Below are positions 50,214-59,762 of a stretch of DNA of 64,000 bases, in pieces. This DNA is from a bacterium. GTDB taxonomy: Bacteria > Actinomycetota > Acidimicrobiia > Spongiisociales > Spongiisociaceae. The translations under genes were made by a program, and so were the position numbers. The stretch lies in contig JAPPHZ010000035.1 in assembly GCA_028820935.1 (NCBI GenBank), forward strand, positions 50,747 through 114,746. The letters are read 5' to 3'. The notes beneath the pieces were generated by a model, which did not search any database, was not told the origin of the DNA, and saw only the letters and a list, made by a program, of their open reading frames with translations. Every line of letters begins with the position of its first letter. The stretch's first letter is position 1.

Positions 50214-50824
50214 GGATTCTCCTCCACCCGTTTGGCGTTCCTCACGAAGCTGCGGATCCTGGAGGGATCCTTCACCCCGGGCGCAGACTCTAGGCCGGAC
50301 GAGGCGTCGACGCCCCATGGACGATGACGGGCCACCGCGTCCGCGACGTTCGAGGGGTTCAGACCGCCCGCCAGCACGTACCGGCTGCCCGGAGGCGGGA
50401 GCCACTCCGGAGCGACCCCGCGGCCCGTACCGCCCAGGTCGTTCGGCGAGTACCCGTCGAGGAGGGCGGTGCAGCCGGGCGGGATGGTCCCCAGGTCCAC
50501 GGGGCCCCGCACGCGGTGCGGCCGGAGCACGAAGGCCCCGGCCGTGGCCGCCACGCGGGCGGCCTCGGGCGCGTGGTCACCGTAGGGCTGCACACCGGCG
50601 GCGCCCACCCGGTCCAGCAGTTCCACGAGTTCGTGGGGACGGGCGTCGAGGGTAAGGATCACCGCGGGCACACGGGACATGGAGGCCAGGCGGGCGGCGT
50701 CGTCCACCTCCAGGTACCGGGGCGTCCCTGGGATGAGGTTCAGTCCCAGCGCGTCGGCACCGGCGTCGGCCGCCGCCTCCACGTCACCGGCGGTGCGCAT
50801 ACCGCAGACCTTCACCCAGGTCAT
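50210..50824 (-). CDS. trpF: phosphoribosylanthranilate isomerase
   Basis: [29 protein letters not shown] is the TrpF N-terminus. Confidence 0.8.
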   Translation of the reverse strand: MTWVKVCGMRTAGDVEAAADAGADALGLNLIPGTPRYLEVDDAARLASMSRVPAVILTLDARPHELVELLDRVGAAGVQPYGDHAPEAARVAATAGAFVLRPHRVRGPVDLGTIPPGCTALLDGYSPNDLGGTGRGVAPEWLPPPGSRYVLAGGLNPSNVADAVARHRPWGVDASSGLESAPGVKDPSRIRSFVRNAKRVEENP

Positions 50825-51588
50825 GCCGCCCCCTTGAGCCCGGAGATGGCCGCGGCGGGATCCGCCGATCTTGACAGGTACTCCCCCACCAGTATGGCGT
50901 CGTATCCGGCGGCTCTGAGCCGGGCCGCGTCCTCCGGACCCTGCACGCCGCTCTCGGCAATCCGGACGTCGACGCCGGCCAGCAACGGCGCTATCTCCTC
51001 CGAGGTGGCCAGGTCCACGTCGAAGGTCCGCAGGTCCCGGTTGTTGACCCCCACCACCCTGGCGCCGGCGCCCAGTGCCCGGATGGCCTCCTCCCGGCTG
51101 TGGACCTCGACCAGGGCGGCGAGCCCCGCTTCATCGGCGGCGCCGAGCAGCCGGGCGAGGAGAACATCGTCGAGGATCGCCACGATCAGGAGCAGCGCAT
51201 CGGCGCCCATGGCTCTGGCCTCCCAGACGTGGGCGGTATCGAGGGTGAAGTCCTTCCGGAGCGCCGGCAACGATGTCGCGGACCGGGCGGCCCGGAGGTC
51301 GTCCGGGGTTCCTACGAAGTGATCCGGCTCGGTCAGCACCGACATCGCGGACGCCCCGCCCGCCTCGAAGGCCACGGCCCGCTCGGAGGGGTCCATACCG
51401 GCGTTGATCACCCCTTTCGAGGGCGACGCCCTCTTGAACTCGGCGATGATCGACAGTCCGGGACCGCCCAGCGCGCCTGTGAAGTCCCGCGGCGGGGGCA
51501 GGCCGGCAGCTGTCTCGCGCAGCTGATCCTGGCGCGCCGTCACCTCGGGCAGGCGGCGGCGCACCGAGGCGAGAACCTTGTCCAGCAT
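50821..51588 (-). CDS. trpC: indole-3-glycerol phosphate synthase
   Basis: ...IIAEFKRASPSKG...VNNRDLRTF... Confidence 0.9.
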   Translation of the reverse strand: MLDKVLASVRRRLPEVTARQDQLRETAAGLPPPRDFTGALGGPGLSIIAEFKRASPSKGVINAGMDPSERAVAFEAGGASAMSVLTEPDHFVGTPDDLRAARSATSLPALRKDFTLDTAHVWEARAMGADALLLIVAILDDVLLARLLGAADEAGLAALVEVHSREEAIRALGAGARVVGVNNRDLRTFDVDLATSEEIAPLLAGVDVRIAESGVQGPEDAARLRAAGYDAILVGEYLSRSADPAAAISGLKGAA

Positions 51589-51681
51589 CGGCCGAAGGCT
51601 ACTCGCACTGGTGGGTGTACAGGTATAGCGCAGAGCGCCCTGGGGGCCGTCCCGGCGCTGCGCTCCGGGTGAGCCGGAGCG

Positions 51682-52623
51682 CTATCCGGTCCCGCCGGTC
51701 ATGGGCAGCAGGTGGACTTCCGCTTCGATCTGCGCGCCCTGCCAGGTCACGGTGACCCGGCTTCCGGGTGGGGCTTCGCGGCGGATCAGGGCCAGGGCGA
51801 TCGGAGCGTGCAGCACCGGGCTCTCCCCCACGGTCGCCAGCTCTCCCACCACTCTCTCCCCGTGGGTTACCCGGGCGCCCACCGGCGGCATGACCGGTTC
51901 GAGCATCCTCAATCCCCGGAGATGGCGGTTGACCCGGCCCCGGCTGTCGATGCGGGCCACCAGTTCCTGCCCCAGGAAGCAGCCCTTGGTGAACGAGACC
52001 GCCTCGGGAACCAGGCCGGTCTCCTGCGGGATGGTTTTGGCGTTGACGTCGATCCCCATCCTGGGTTCTCCGGCCTCGATCCGCAAGGCGTCGACAACGC
52101 GGTGGCCGATCGGGACGGCGCCGAGTTCCTCCAGCGCCTCCGGACCCAGGCCGGCGATCAGGCGGCGCCGCACCGGCTGCTCTCGCAGTTCGGCGGCCAG
52201 CACCCCCTGCTCGTCCCGCCAGCCGCGCGGCGCCCCGGGGACACGGTCGCCGGGTCCCCACACGTCGAGCACCGGCCGGTCATCCCCGCTGAACTCGACA
52301 TCGACGCGCAGGCGCCAGCGCGAGAGCGAGGTGATGACCGGCACCTGGCGGGCCGCGTCGGTGATGATCCCCACCCGGTCCTCGTCGCGCAGGACCCAGA
52401 GCAGGGCGTCGAGCTTCCCCCTGGGTTCCAGGAGGAAGGACCTGGCCGCCTGCCCGGGGGCGAGCGCCTCGATGTCCTGGCTGAGGATGCCTTGCAGGTA
52501 GGGGATGGCATCCGGTCCGACCGCCCAGAACAGGCCGAGTGTGTCAGTGGCGAATCCTGCGACGCTCCGGGCATGCGCATACCCGGCCCTGAAGTCGTCG
52601 GGCTCGCCGGACAAGGTAATCAA
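51682..52623 (-). CDS. folate-binding YgfZ/GcvT-like protein
   Basis: 313 aa with the aminomethyltransferase fold and the YgfZ-type KGCFLGQE motif (TKGCFLGQELVARI). Confidence 0.7.
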   Translation of the reverse strand: MITLSGEPDDFRAGYAHARSVAGFATDTLGLFWAVGPDAIPYLQGILSQDIEALAPGQAARSFLLEPRGKLDALLWVLRDEDRVGIITDAARQVPVITSLSRWRLRVDVEFSGDDRPVLDVWGPGDRVPGAPRGWRDEQGVLAAELREQPVRRRLIAGLGPEALEELGAVPIGHRVVDALRIEAGEPRMGIDVNAKTIPQETGLVPEAVSFTKGCFLGQELVARIDSRGRVNRHLRGLRMLEPVMPPVGARVTHGERVVGELATVGESPVLHAPIALALIRREAPPGSRVTVTWQGAQIEAEVHLLPMTGGTG

Positions 52624-54098
52624 AGCAGATCGGCCCCCGCCACGGCCGCCAGAGCCGCGGCCGCCTTGTCCTCGGTCTCCTGGAATTCCGCCGCCGGATC
52701 GGAGTCGGCCACCAGTCCGGCGCCCACCTGGACCCAGGCGGTGCCGCCCGCGATCACGACGGTCCGCAGGCAGATGGCGGTGTCCACGTTGCCGCTGAAG
52801 TCCATGTAGCCGGCGGCGCCGGCATAAGGGCCTCGGGCCACCGGCTCCATCTCATCGATGATCTCCATGGCCCGCACCTTGGGCGCCCCCGAAACGGTGC
52901 CATGGGGGAACACCGCCCGGACCACGTCGACCGGCCCCAGCCCGTCACGGAGCCGTCCCGACACGCCCGACACCAGATGCATGACGTGCGAGTAGCGCTC
53001 CACCACCATCAGGTCGTCCACGGTCACCGTGCCGTAGTCGCACACCCGGCCCAGATCGTTGCGGGCTAGGTCGATGAGCATGACGTGTTCGGCCCGCTCC
53101 TTCGGGTCGGCCAGCATCTCCTGCTCCAAGGCCAGGTCCTCCTCCTCGGACACACCGCGCCTCCGGGTGCCGGCGATGGGACGGGAGAACACGGTGCCGT
53201 TCCTGACCCTGGTCATCAGCTCGGGCGACGCACCCACCACGGTGACCTCCGGGTGCCTCAAGTAGAAGAGAAAGGGCGAGGGGTTGATGAGGCGCAGGGC
53301 ACGGTAGAGGCCGAACGGATCGCCCGCGAAAGGCGCTGCAATACGGCGGCTCAGCACCACCTGGTAGGCGTCGCCCTCCCGGATGTAGTCCTTGACCGTG
53401 AGGACGGCCCGCTCGAACTCCTCGCGGTCCAGCGTGGAGGCGATGGGCAGGTCGGGCCGGGCGGAGCGGTCGGGCCGGGCGGCCGGGCGGTAGCGAAGGG
53501 CCGTACCGAGCCGTTCCGCGGCTTCGTGGAGCCGGGTCACCGCGTCGTCATACGCGGCGTCGAGGTCGTCCTCGAGGTCGATGAAGACATTGCGAACCAG
53601 ATGCAGCGTCTGACGGGGATGGTCGAGCGCCGCCAGGCTCCCGACGAACTGCCACATCATCTCGGGCAGGCCACGGTCGTCGGGCGGCCGGTCGGGGAGC
53701 CGTTCGATGTACCGCACCGCGTCATAGGAGAGGTACCCGACCGCGCCGGAGTGCAAAGGTGGAAGATCGTCCATCGGCTCGGTGGCGTAGCGGGCCAGCA
53801 GCCCTTCGAGGACCGTCAGCGGATCCCCATCCGGTATCCGGACCCGGGCATCGTCGGCATGGCAGGCCCCGTCCCGGCTGGTGAGAGTGAAGACCGGGTC
53901 CCATCCGAGGAACGACCAGTGCGCCCAACGCTCCCCTCCCTCGAGGGACTCGAGGAGGAAGCCGGGCGCATCGCCGACCAGCTTGCCGAAGGCGCTGACC
54001 GGGGTCTCCCGATCGGACAGCAGGGTGATCCTGACCGGGACCACCGAGGCATGCTCGGCCAGGCGGCGGAAGTCAGCCGGGCTCGGAGTGACTTTCAT
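52620..54098 (-). CDS. trpE: anthranilate synthase component I
   Basis: 492 aa chorismate-binding enzyme, ...LLESLEGGERWAHWSF... and the C-terminal ...GAGAGLVADSDP... Confidence 0.9.
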   Translation of the reverse strand: MKVTPSPADFRRLAEHASVVPVRITLLSDRETPVSAFGKLVGDAPGFLLESLEGGERWAHWSFLGWDPVFTLTSRDGACHADDARVRIPDGDPLTVLEGLLARYATEPMDDLPPLHSGAVGYLSYDAVRYIERLPDRPPDDRGLPEMMWQFVGSLAALDHPRQTLHLVRNVFIDLEDDLDAAYDDAVTRLHEAAERLGTALRYRPAARPDRSARPDLPIASTLDREEFERAVLTVKDYIREGDAYQVVLSRRIAAPFAGDPFGLYRALRLINPSPFLFYLRHPEVTVVGASPELMTRVRNGTVFSRPIAGTRRRGVSEEEDLALEQEMLADPKERAEHVMLIDLARNDLGRVCDYGTVTVDDLMVVERYSHVMHLVSGVSGRLRDGLGPVDVVRAVFPHGTVSGAPKVRAMEIIDEMEPVARGPYAGAAGYMDFSGNVDTAICLRTVVIAGGTAWVQVGAGLVADSDPAAEFQETEDKAAAALAAVAGADLL

Positions 54099-54206
54099 GG
54101 GTCCACGTTACCGAGGGAGCTACCGGACCGGAAGCCCGGAGGGGCGTGCCCGAGCCATCGATCAGGCCATGGCGTTGCTGCGGGCGTCGTCGAGGGAGGC
54201 GAGGCC

Positions 54207-55082
54207 TCAACCGAGCACGACCACCGGCATGCCGATCGGCGCCCACTCGTACAGGAACTCCGCCTTGTCGGCTCTCTGCCGCACGCATCCCGCCGACAGG
54301 GATAGGCCCAACTGGTCGAGCGTCTGCACAGGCTCCCCGTTGCTCCGGAGAGGTATGGCATGGAACCCGATCCGCCAACCGTTCAAGCCCCACGCGAAAC
54401 GCACCATGTCGTTCATGCTGCCGCCCCTGTATCCGTAGGCGATCGGCGATTTGGAATAGACCTCGTAATGACCGGCGGGAGGATTCCGGTACATACCGCT
54501 GACCGGGTAGCTATCCACGAGCGTGCCGTCGGCCTCGACCAGCCACATCATCATCTTCTCGCCACGCCGGTCGTAGACCGCGTGCCTGCGGCCGCCGAGG
54601 CCCACGTCCGGCGCCGTGAGCCCGGCCGACCAGAGCAACTGCGCATCGTTGAGGCGGATCGTTGCTCCGCCGTCCCGGGGCAGCGCAAGCTCGGCGCCGT
54701 CGAAACCGTCCGTGCCGGAACGCCAGACCGGCCCACCTCCGAGCCGGGGCGCCGAGTACATGACGAGGTCGCCTTCGGGCTGCATGACGATGCGGTCGCC
54801 TCCCAAGCCGGCGGTACCTGCCGACCAGACTTCCTCGACACCCCAATAGGGAGTGAGGTCGCGATACAGGACGAGGTTGCCGCCCCAGAGGAAGGCCAAC
54901 CGGTAGGAACCGTCGGGGGACAGGAGGGATTGACCGCGCAGCAGAACGTCGCCGGGTCCGAGCGAGTCTCGGAGGGATAGGGGTGCCCGCCCGCCGTCGC
55001 CGCTCGTCTGGGCGAGCACGCCGGGAACAGGGAGAAGAAGGGTCGCCAGGACCGCTATGGCGCCGACTCGGATCCGCATCAT
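54207..55082 (-). CDS. secreted L,D-transpeptidase (YkuD domain) with N-terminal bulb-type (B-)lectin-like domain
   Basis: Signal peptide. Repeated ...PDGSYRLAFLWGGNLVLY.../...MQPEGDLVMYS.../...LNDAQLLWSAG... elements resemble the QxDxNxVxY beta-prism II lectin repeats. C-terminal YkuD domain with the catalytic Cys in SAGCVRQ. Confidence 0.7.
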   Translation of the reverse strand: MMRIRVGAIAVLATLLLPVPGVLAQTSGDGGRAPLSLRDSLGPGDVLLRGQSLLSPDGSYRLAFLWGGNLVLYRDLTPYWGVEEVWSAGTAGLGGDRIVMQPEGDLVMYSAPRLGGGPVWRSGTDGFDGAELALPRDGGATIRLNDAQLLWSAGLTAPDVGLGGRRHAVYDRRGEKMMMWLVEADGTLVDSYPVSGMYRNPPAGHYEVYSKSPIAYGYRGGSMNDMVRFAWGLNGWRIGFHAIPLRSNGEPVQTLDQLGLSLSAGCVRQRADKAEFLYEWAPIGMPVVVLG

Positions 55083-55154
55083 ACGGGACTATAGGTCGAC
55101 GATCGGCCAAGTCGATACATTAAGGCTGGTGGAGGAGGTTTCTACGTCCCGGGA

Positions 55155-55475
55155 TCAGTCGGGCGGGTCGAGGTTTCTCCTCGTGGCCTCGGCGGCCATC
55201 TCCCTGGCCAGGTCGCTCAGCCAGCCGCGGAAGCCGTCCTTGTCAAGCGTCATCCGGGCCTTGTTGGCCTGGATCGCCGCCCGTTGCTCGGTTAGGAAGG
55301 CATCCACCTCCCAGCCGGGTAGGTTCTCGGCCGCCTCGATCAGGCGGCTGGCGCCCTCGATCATCCGGAACGCACCGTAGATGGGTTTCTCATCGAGATG
55401 GAGCCGGGCGCAGGTCACCAGGTACAGCACGAAGTCGAACAGGAACTCCCGGGGATCGATCTCCTGGTTGCTCAT
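55155..55475 (-). CDS. hypothetical protein (about 106 aa)
   Basis: MSNQEIDPREFLFDFVLYLVTCARLHLDEKPIYGAFRMIEGASRLIEAAENLPGWEVDAFL... ATGA overlap with the nitroreductase stop. No family recognised. Confidence 0.45.
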   Translation of the reverse strand: MSNQEIDPREFLFDFVLYLVTCARLHLDEKPIYGAFRMIEGASRLIEAAENLPGWEVDAFLTEQRAAIQANKARMTLDKDGFRGWLSDLAREMAAEATRRNLDPPD

Positions 55476-56005
55476 GGTGATGCCGTCCACGGCTGATCGA
55501 ACCGGTCGGCATGAACGGAGGGCTGGAAACCCTTCAGCGGCTTGGACGGGTTGGAGACCGGTACTCCCACCGCCATCAACACCTCCGGGCGCACGTGCTC
55601 CGGGAGGCCCAGGATGGCCTGGACCACTTCTTCGCTCCAGCTGGTGACCTTGCAGACGCCGATACCGAGCGCGGGCGCGGCGATGGCCATGAATGCGGCG
55701 GACGCACCCGCATCCAGCCTGCTCACCACCTCCACCCCGCGTACGCCGGACTCCTCCTCCGACCGCTTCAGATCGCTGCAGACGGCTATGGCGGCCGGGG
55801 CGTTGTTCACGAATCCCGGGCAGGCCTGACGCAGGGTGTGGACGATCCGCGGATCGGTGATCACGATCAGGTGGCGGATCCCCGGGCGGGCCACCTGGGC
55901 TCGACCGGCGGCGTAGACCAGACGATCGAGGGTGGCGCGGTCGGGCGGTTCGGGCAGGAAGTCTCGGTGCATGCGGCGCCGTCGCATCGCCTCGAACACC
56001 GCCAT
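55472..56005 (-). CDS. nitroreductase family protein
   Basis: ...MRRRRMHRDFLPEPPDRATLDRLVYAAGRA... is the FMN nitroreductase N-terminal signature. Confidence 0.8.
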   Translation of the reverse strand: MAVFEAMRRRRMHRDFLPEPPDRATLDRLVYAAGRAQVARPGIRHLIVITDPRIVHTLRQACPGFVNNAPAAIAVCSDLKRSEEESGVRGVEVVSRLDAGASAAFMAIAAPALGIGVCKVTSWSEEVVQAILGLPEHVRPEVLMAVGVPVSNPSKPLKGFQPSVHADRFDQPWTASP

Positions 56006-56107
56006 CGGAGCGCTCAATCCCTGTTCCTTCCCCCGCCGCGGCCACGCACCGGGCGGATCACAATGAAACAACCCCCGTCCCCATCAACGGGAACGAGGGC
56101 CGTACCG

Positions 56108-56184
<77 letters not shown>

Positions 56185-56270
56185 CCGTAGGGAGCCAGTT
56201 TAGCGCGGCGGGCGCCTACCGGCAATAGGCAATAGGGGGTCGCTCCGGGTGACCGCCGGCGATAGCACGT

Positions 56271-56441
56271 TCATTGGAGCACGGCGATGATGATGGCGGC
56301 GGCACTCGCAACCAGACCGGTCATCCACCCCACGATCCAGCGGGTCTGTTCGGAGAAGCGCCTCTCCATGTCGGCGTGGAGACGCGACATGGCAGCGTCC
56401 AGCCGGTCGAAGCTCACGTACTTCTCGGTAACCGGTGTCAC
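56271..56441 (-). CDS. possible small tail-anchored membrane peptide (56 aa)
   Basis: GTG start; VTPVTEKYVSFDRLDAAMSRLHADMERRFSEQTRWIVGWMTGLVASAAAIIIAVLQ. No family recognised. The upstream sequence contains a degenerate CTAG-family motif. Confidence 0.2.
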   Translation of the reverse strand: MTPVTEKYVSFDRLDAAMSRLHADMERRFSEQTRWIVGWMTGLVASAAAIIIAVLQ

Positions 56442-56627
56442 TTCTCCGATCTCCTCTTCGTCGTTCGTCGGGAGAAGCTACTCCCCTACTCTATCATGAC
56501 TAAACAACTGTAGCGTCGTCCACGGACGGGTGTGATCGGCATTCACCCTCCTCACCTATAGCAGGGTCGGTTAGGTCCTCGACGAGTACGATCGGAGCGG
56601 TCGCCGACCGATGCACGGAGGTCATCA

Positions 56628-58049
56628 ATGAGCCAGGCTTCTCCATCTGATCGCACCGTATGCGACCTCCTGCTCGAGGGTGGGGTGGTGATCACGCTGG
56701 ACGGGGTGCGGCGGGTGCTTGATCACGGCGCCGTGGCCGTCGCCGGTGGGAAGATCACGGAGGTCGGCTCCGCCGCCGACCTGCGGCACTTGCGGGAGAC
56801 GGCCGGGAAGGTCATCGACTGCCGCGGCAAGGTGGTCCTCCCCGGGCTGACTGACGGCCACACCCACCTGTTCCAGTCGCTGGGCCGGGGACTCGGCGAC
56901 GGCATGACGCTGGTGCCCTGGCTGCAGAGGTTCATGCTGCCTTACTCGAAGGCGATCACAAGGGAGATGAGCGTGGCGGCGGTCCGGCTCGGCGCGCTCC
57001 AGGCCGCCCTATCCGGCACCACGATGGTGGTGGACAACCACTATGCACCCACCGACACCGAGACCATCCTGGCAGTCGCTGACGCGGTGGAGGAGGTGGG
57101 AATCAGAGGTGCCATCGCCCGGGGGATCTTCGGGGAAATGAACCCGGGCGGAGAGCTGATGGGGGTGGATCCGGACCTGTTCACCTGGACCAACCAGGAG
57201 GAGATCGCGATCACCGCCGAATGCATGGCCGAGCGTCCGCGCGGCGGCCGGGTCGAGGTCTGGCCGTGCCCGGAGAACATCGTGTACGTTTGGCCGGAGC
57301 TGATCGAGGCCTCCGCGGAGATGGCTGCGGCCGCCGGGGTCGGCTGGCACATGCACTGCTCCGAGGTGCAGGACGAGATCTCGTTCTTCATGGAGGTGCA
57401 CGGAACCCGCCCCGTGGCGTGGCTGGCCGACCGGGGGCTGCTGAGCCGCCACACCACGCTCGCTCATGCCGTATGGCTGGATCCTGACGAGGTGGCGGCC
57501 ATGGGCGCCTCCAGCGCCGCCGCCGTGCACAACCCGATCTCCAACCAGTACCTGGCCTCGGGCGTGCTCCACCTGGAGCCGCTGCTGTCGGCGGGCGCAA
57601 CCGTCGCCCTGGGTAGCGACGGGGTAGCGGTCGCCGGGCAGGACATCTTCGAGGCCATGAAGGCAGGCATGCTGATGCACCGGGTGGCCAGCCTCGACTC
57701 CACCGCCACCACGGTGGAGCAGTTCCTCGAACTGGGTACGCTCGGCGGAGCGGCCATGACCGGTCTGCACGCCGGATCGCTGGAACCGGGCCGGGCGGCC
57801 GACCTGGTGGTGGTGGACGTGTCCGGCGTCCGGCACACGCCATGGAGCCGTCCGGTGGCGTCGGTGGTCCACTCCGGCAGCGCGGCCGAGGTCGACACGG
57901 TGATCGTGGCCGGTGAGATCATCGTGGAGGATGGGCGCTCCACCAGGGTGGACGAGGCCGAGGTGAGGGCGATGGCGGCCGAGGCAGCTGCGCAGCTTTT
58001 CGGCAAGGCGCGGCTGAGCGAACTCGCCAGCGACTGGATTGGTTTCTAG
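56628..58049 (+). CDS. amidohydrolase family protein (MTA/SAH-deaminase/chlorohydrolase-like)
   Basis: Metal-binding ...LPGLTDGHTHLFQS... (HxH) and a downstream His/Asp in the TIM barrel. 473 aa. Confidence 0.85.
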   Translation: MSQASPSDRTVCDLLLEGGVVITLDGVRRVLDHGAVAVAGGKITEVGSAADLRHLRETAGKVIDCRGKVVLPGLTDGHTHLFQSLGRGLGDGMTLVPWLQRFMLPYSKAITREMSVAAVRLGALQAALSGTTMVVDNHYAPTDTETILAVADAVEEVGIRGAIARGIFGEMNPGGELMGVDPDLFTWTNQEEIAITAECMAERPRGGRVEVWPCPENIVYVWPELIEASAEMAAAAGVGWHMHCSEVQDEISFFMEVHGTRPVAWLADRGLLSRHTTLAHAVWLDPDEVAAMGASSAAAVHNPISNQYLASGVLHLEPLLSAGATVALGSDGVAVAGQDIFEAMKAGMLMHRVASLDSTATTVEQFLELGTLGGAAMTGLHAGSLEPGRAADLVVVDVSGVRHTPWSRPVASVVHSGSAAEVDTVIVAGEIIVEDGRSTRVDEAEVRAMAAEAAAQLFGKARLSELASDWIGF

Positions 58050-58088
58050 TCGATAGTTGCAACTAACAACTACCAACTACCAACTAGA
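58045..58088. repeat. CTAG-rich spacer (copy F) with a CAACTAN 7-mer tandem, between convergent amidohydrolase and ccdA
   Basis: tctagtcgatagttgcaactaacaactaccaactaccaactag. It spans both stop codons. Confidence 0.8.
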
Positions 58089-58836
58089 TCGCGGCCAGGT
58101 CCTCGAGGCCGAGCCGGATCATCCATTCGCTGATCAGGCTCGACAGGTCGGTGATGCGGCCGGTGATGAACAGCCAACCGAAGACGATCATCAGGAGACC
58201 GGACAGGACGTTGATGGTCCGCAGATGCCGCTGGAGGAGCTTGATGCCCGAGTAGAGCTTGGTCACACCGATTCCGGCGGCGATGAACGGCAAACCCATA
58301 CCCATCGAGAACACGAACAGCAGGAGCATCCCCCTGGCGACCGTCTCCTGGGTGGCGGCCTGGGTGAGGATGGCCGCCAGCACCGGACCGATACACGGGG
58401 TCCAGCCGAAACCGAAGGCCATGCCCATCACCAGCGGCGCCCAGCCGCCCAGCTGCGAAGGACGCACGTGGAGCCGCCGCTCCCGGTAGAGGAAGGCCAG
58501 GCGGGGCGACGTGCTGAGCGCCATCAGCACGATGACCAGCCCGAACACGGCGATCAGCCAGCCCGCCGCGGTGGTGATGACGCCCTTGTTGCGGGCGAGC
58601 AGGCCGGCCACCGAAGTAGCCCCCGCTCCGAGGGCCACGAAGACGATGGTGAACCCGATCACGAACATCACCGTGACCCGGAGCATCCGGCCGGTGGAGG
58701 CCTTCCCCTGCTGCAGATCGGCCACCGAGTAGCCCGACATGAGCCCCAGGTATCCGGGCAGTAGAGGCAGCACGCAGGGCGAAACGAAGGAGAGAGCCCC
58801 GAAGACGAGTGCGCTCACGTATCCGGCAGGATCCAT
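58084..58836 (-). CDS. ccdA: cytochrome c biogenesis protein CcdA (DsbD-like thiol:disulfide transporter)
   Basis: Six TM helices. Conserved Cys in ...SFVSPCVLPLLPGYL... and ...GWTPCIGPVL... Confidence 0.85.
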   Translation of the reverse strand: MDPAGYVSALVFGALSFVSPCVLPLLPGYLGLMSGYSVADLQQGKASTGRMLRVTVMFVIGFTIVFVALGAGATSVAGLLARNKGVITTAAGWLIAVFGLVIVLMALSTSPRLAFLYRERRLHVRPSQLGGWAPLVMGMAFGFGWTPCIGPVLAAILTQAATQETVARGMLLLFVFSMGMGLPFIAAGIGVTKLYSGIKLLQRHLRTINVLSGLLMIVFGWLFITGRITDLSSLISEWMIRLGLEDLAAI

Positions 58837-58937
58837 AGTTGCTAGATCCTAGTTGTCAGTTGCTAGTTGCTAGTTCTATGTTGTTAGTTCCTAGTTGTGC
58901 TAGTACCTAGAGACTAGAGACTATCAACTAGAAACTA
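58837..58937. repeat. CTAG-rich spacer (copy G), between ccdA start and fabI stop
   Basis: agttgctagatcctagttgtcagttgctagttgctagttctatgttgttagttcctagttgtgctagtacctagagactagagactatcaactagaaactag. It carries 13 CTAG tetramers in about 100 bp. Confidence 0.8.
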
Positions 58938-59708
58938 GGTAGCGATGGCGTGGAATCCGGCGTCCACATGGATGACCTCGCCGGTCACCTTGGTGGCGAA
59001 GTCCGAGAGCATCACACAGATCATGTTGGCCACCGGGGTGGGATCGGACGTGTCCCAGGTGAGGGGGGCTCGCTCGCTCCAGACATGCTGGAACCGTTCG
59101 AACCCGGGGATGCCCTTGGCCGCCATGGTCGACAGCGGGCCCGCCGACACGGCGTTCACCCGAACGTTGTGGCGCCCCAGGTCGCGGGCCAGGTAGCGGG
59201 TCACCGAGGCCAGGGCGGCCTTGCACACTCCCATCCAGTCGTAGGCGGGCCAGGCCTGGGTGCTGTTGTCGAAGTCGAGGGTCACCAGGGATCCGCCCCC
59301 TGCTTCCTCGAACAGCGGCAACAGGCCCACGGCCAGGGTCTTGTAGGAGAACGCCGAGGTGGTGAAAGCAAGGGAGGCGCTCTCCACGGGCGTGGTCAGG
59401 AAGTTGCCGCCCAGCGCGTCCTCGGGAGCGAAGGCTATGGCGTGCAAGGCCCCGTCCAGGCGCCCCCAGCGTCGCCCCAGCTCGTCGACAAGCTGCTGCA
59501 TGTGAACCGGATCGTTGATGTCGAGCTCGAACACGTCGGGCGGATCCGGCAGGCGGCGGGCTGCCCGTTGGGTGAGACGCATCCCCCGCCCGAATCCGGT
59601 CAGGACTATCTCGGCGCCCTGTTCCTGGGCCACCTTGGCGCTGTGCCAGGCGATCGAACCGTGCGTGAGGACGCCGGTTACCAGCACCCGCTTACCTGTC
59701 AGCAGCAT
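58935..59708 (-). CDS. fabI: enoyl-[acyl-carrier-protein] reductase (NADH) FabI/InhA
   Basis: MLLTGKRVLVTGV... and Tyr/Lys catalytic spacing typical of FabI/InhA. 257 aa. Confidence 0.9.
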   Translation of the reverse strand: MLLTGKRVLVTGVLTHGSIAWHSAKVAQEQGAEIVLTGFGRGMRLTQRAARRLPDPPDVFELDINDPVHMQQLVDELGRRWGRLDGALHAIAFAPEDALGGNFLTTPVESASLAFTTSAFSYKTLAVGLLPLFEEAGGGSLVTLDFDNSTQAWPAYDWMGVCKAALASVTRYLARDLGRHNVRVNAVSAGPLSTMAAKGIPGFERFQHVWSERAPLTWDTSDPTPVANMICVMLSDFATKVTGEVIHVDAGFHAIAT

Positions 59709-59762
59709 GACTCTCCTCCGTAGTTACCCGCCGGGCCCGAGCGCGCCGGCGCCGCAGGGGGC

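Noticed and set aside
54099-54206. Possible Trp-codon leader peptide / attenuator upstream of trpE
   Set aside because: Reading the trpE-sense strand shows only a 12-codon ORF (MARARPSGLPVR) with no Trp codons and no obvious alternative hairpins, so there is no support for an attenuator.
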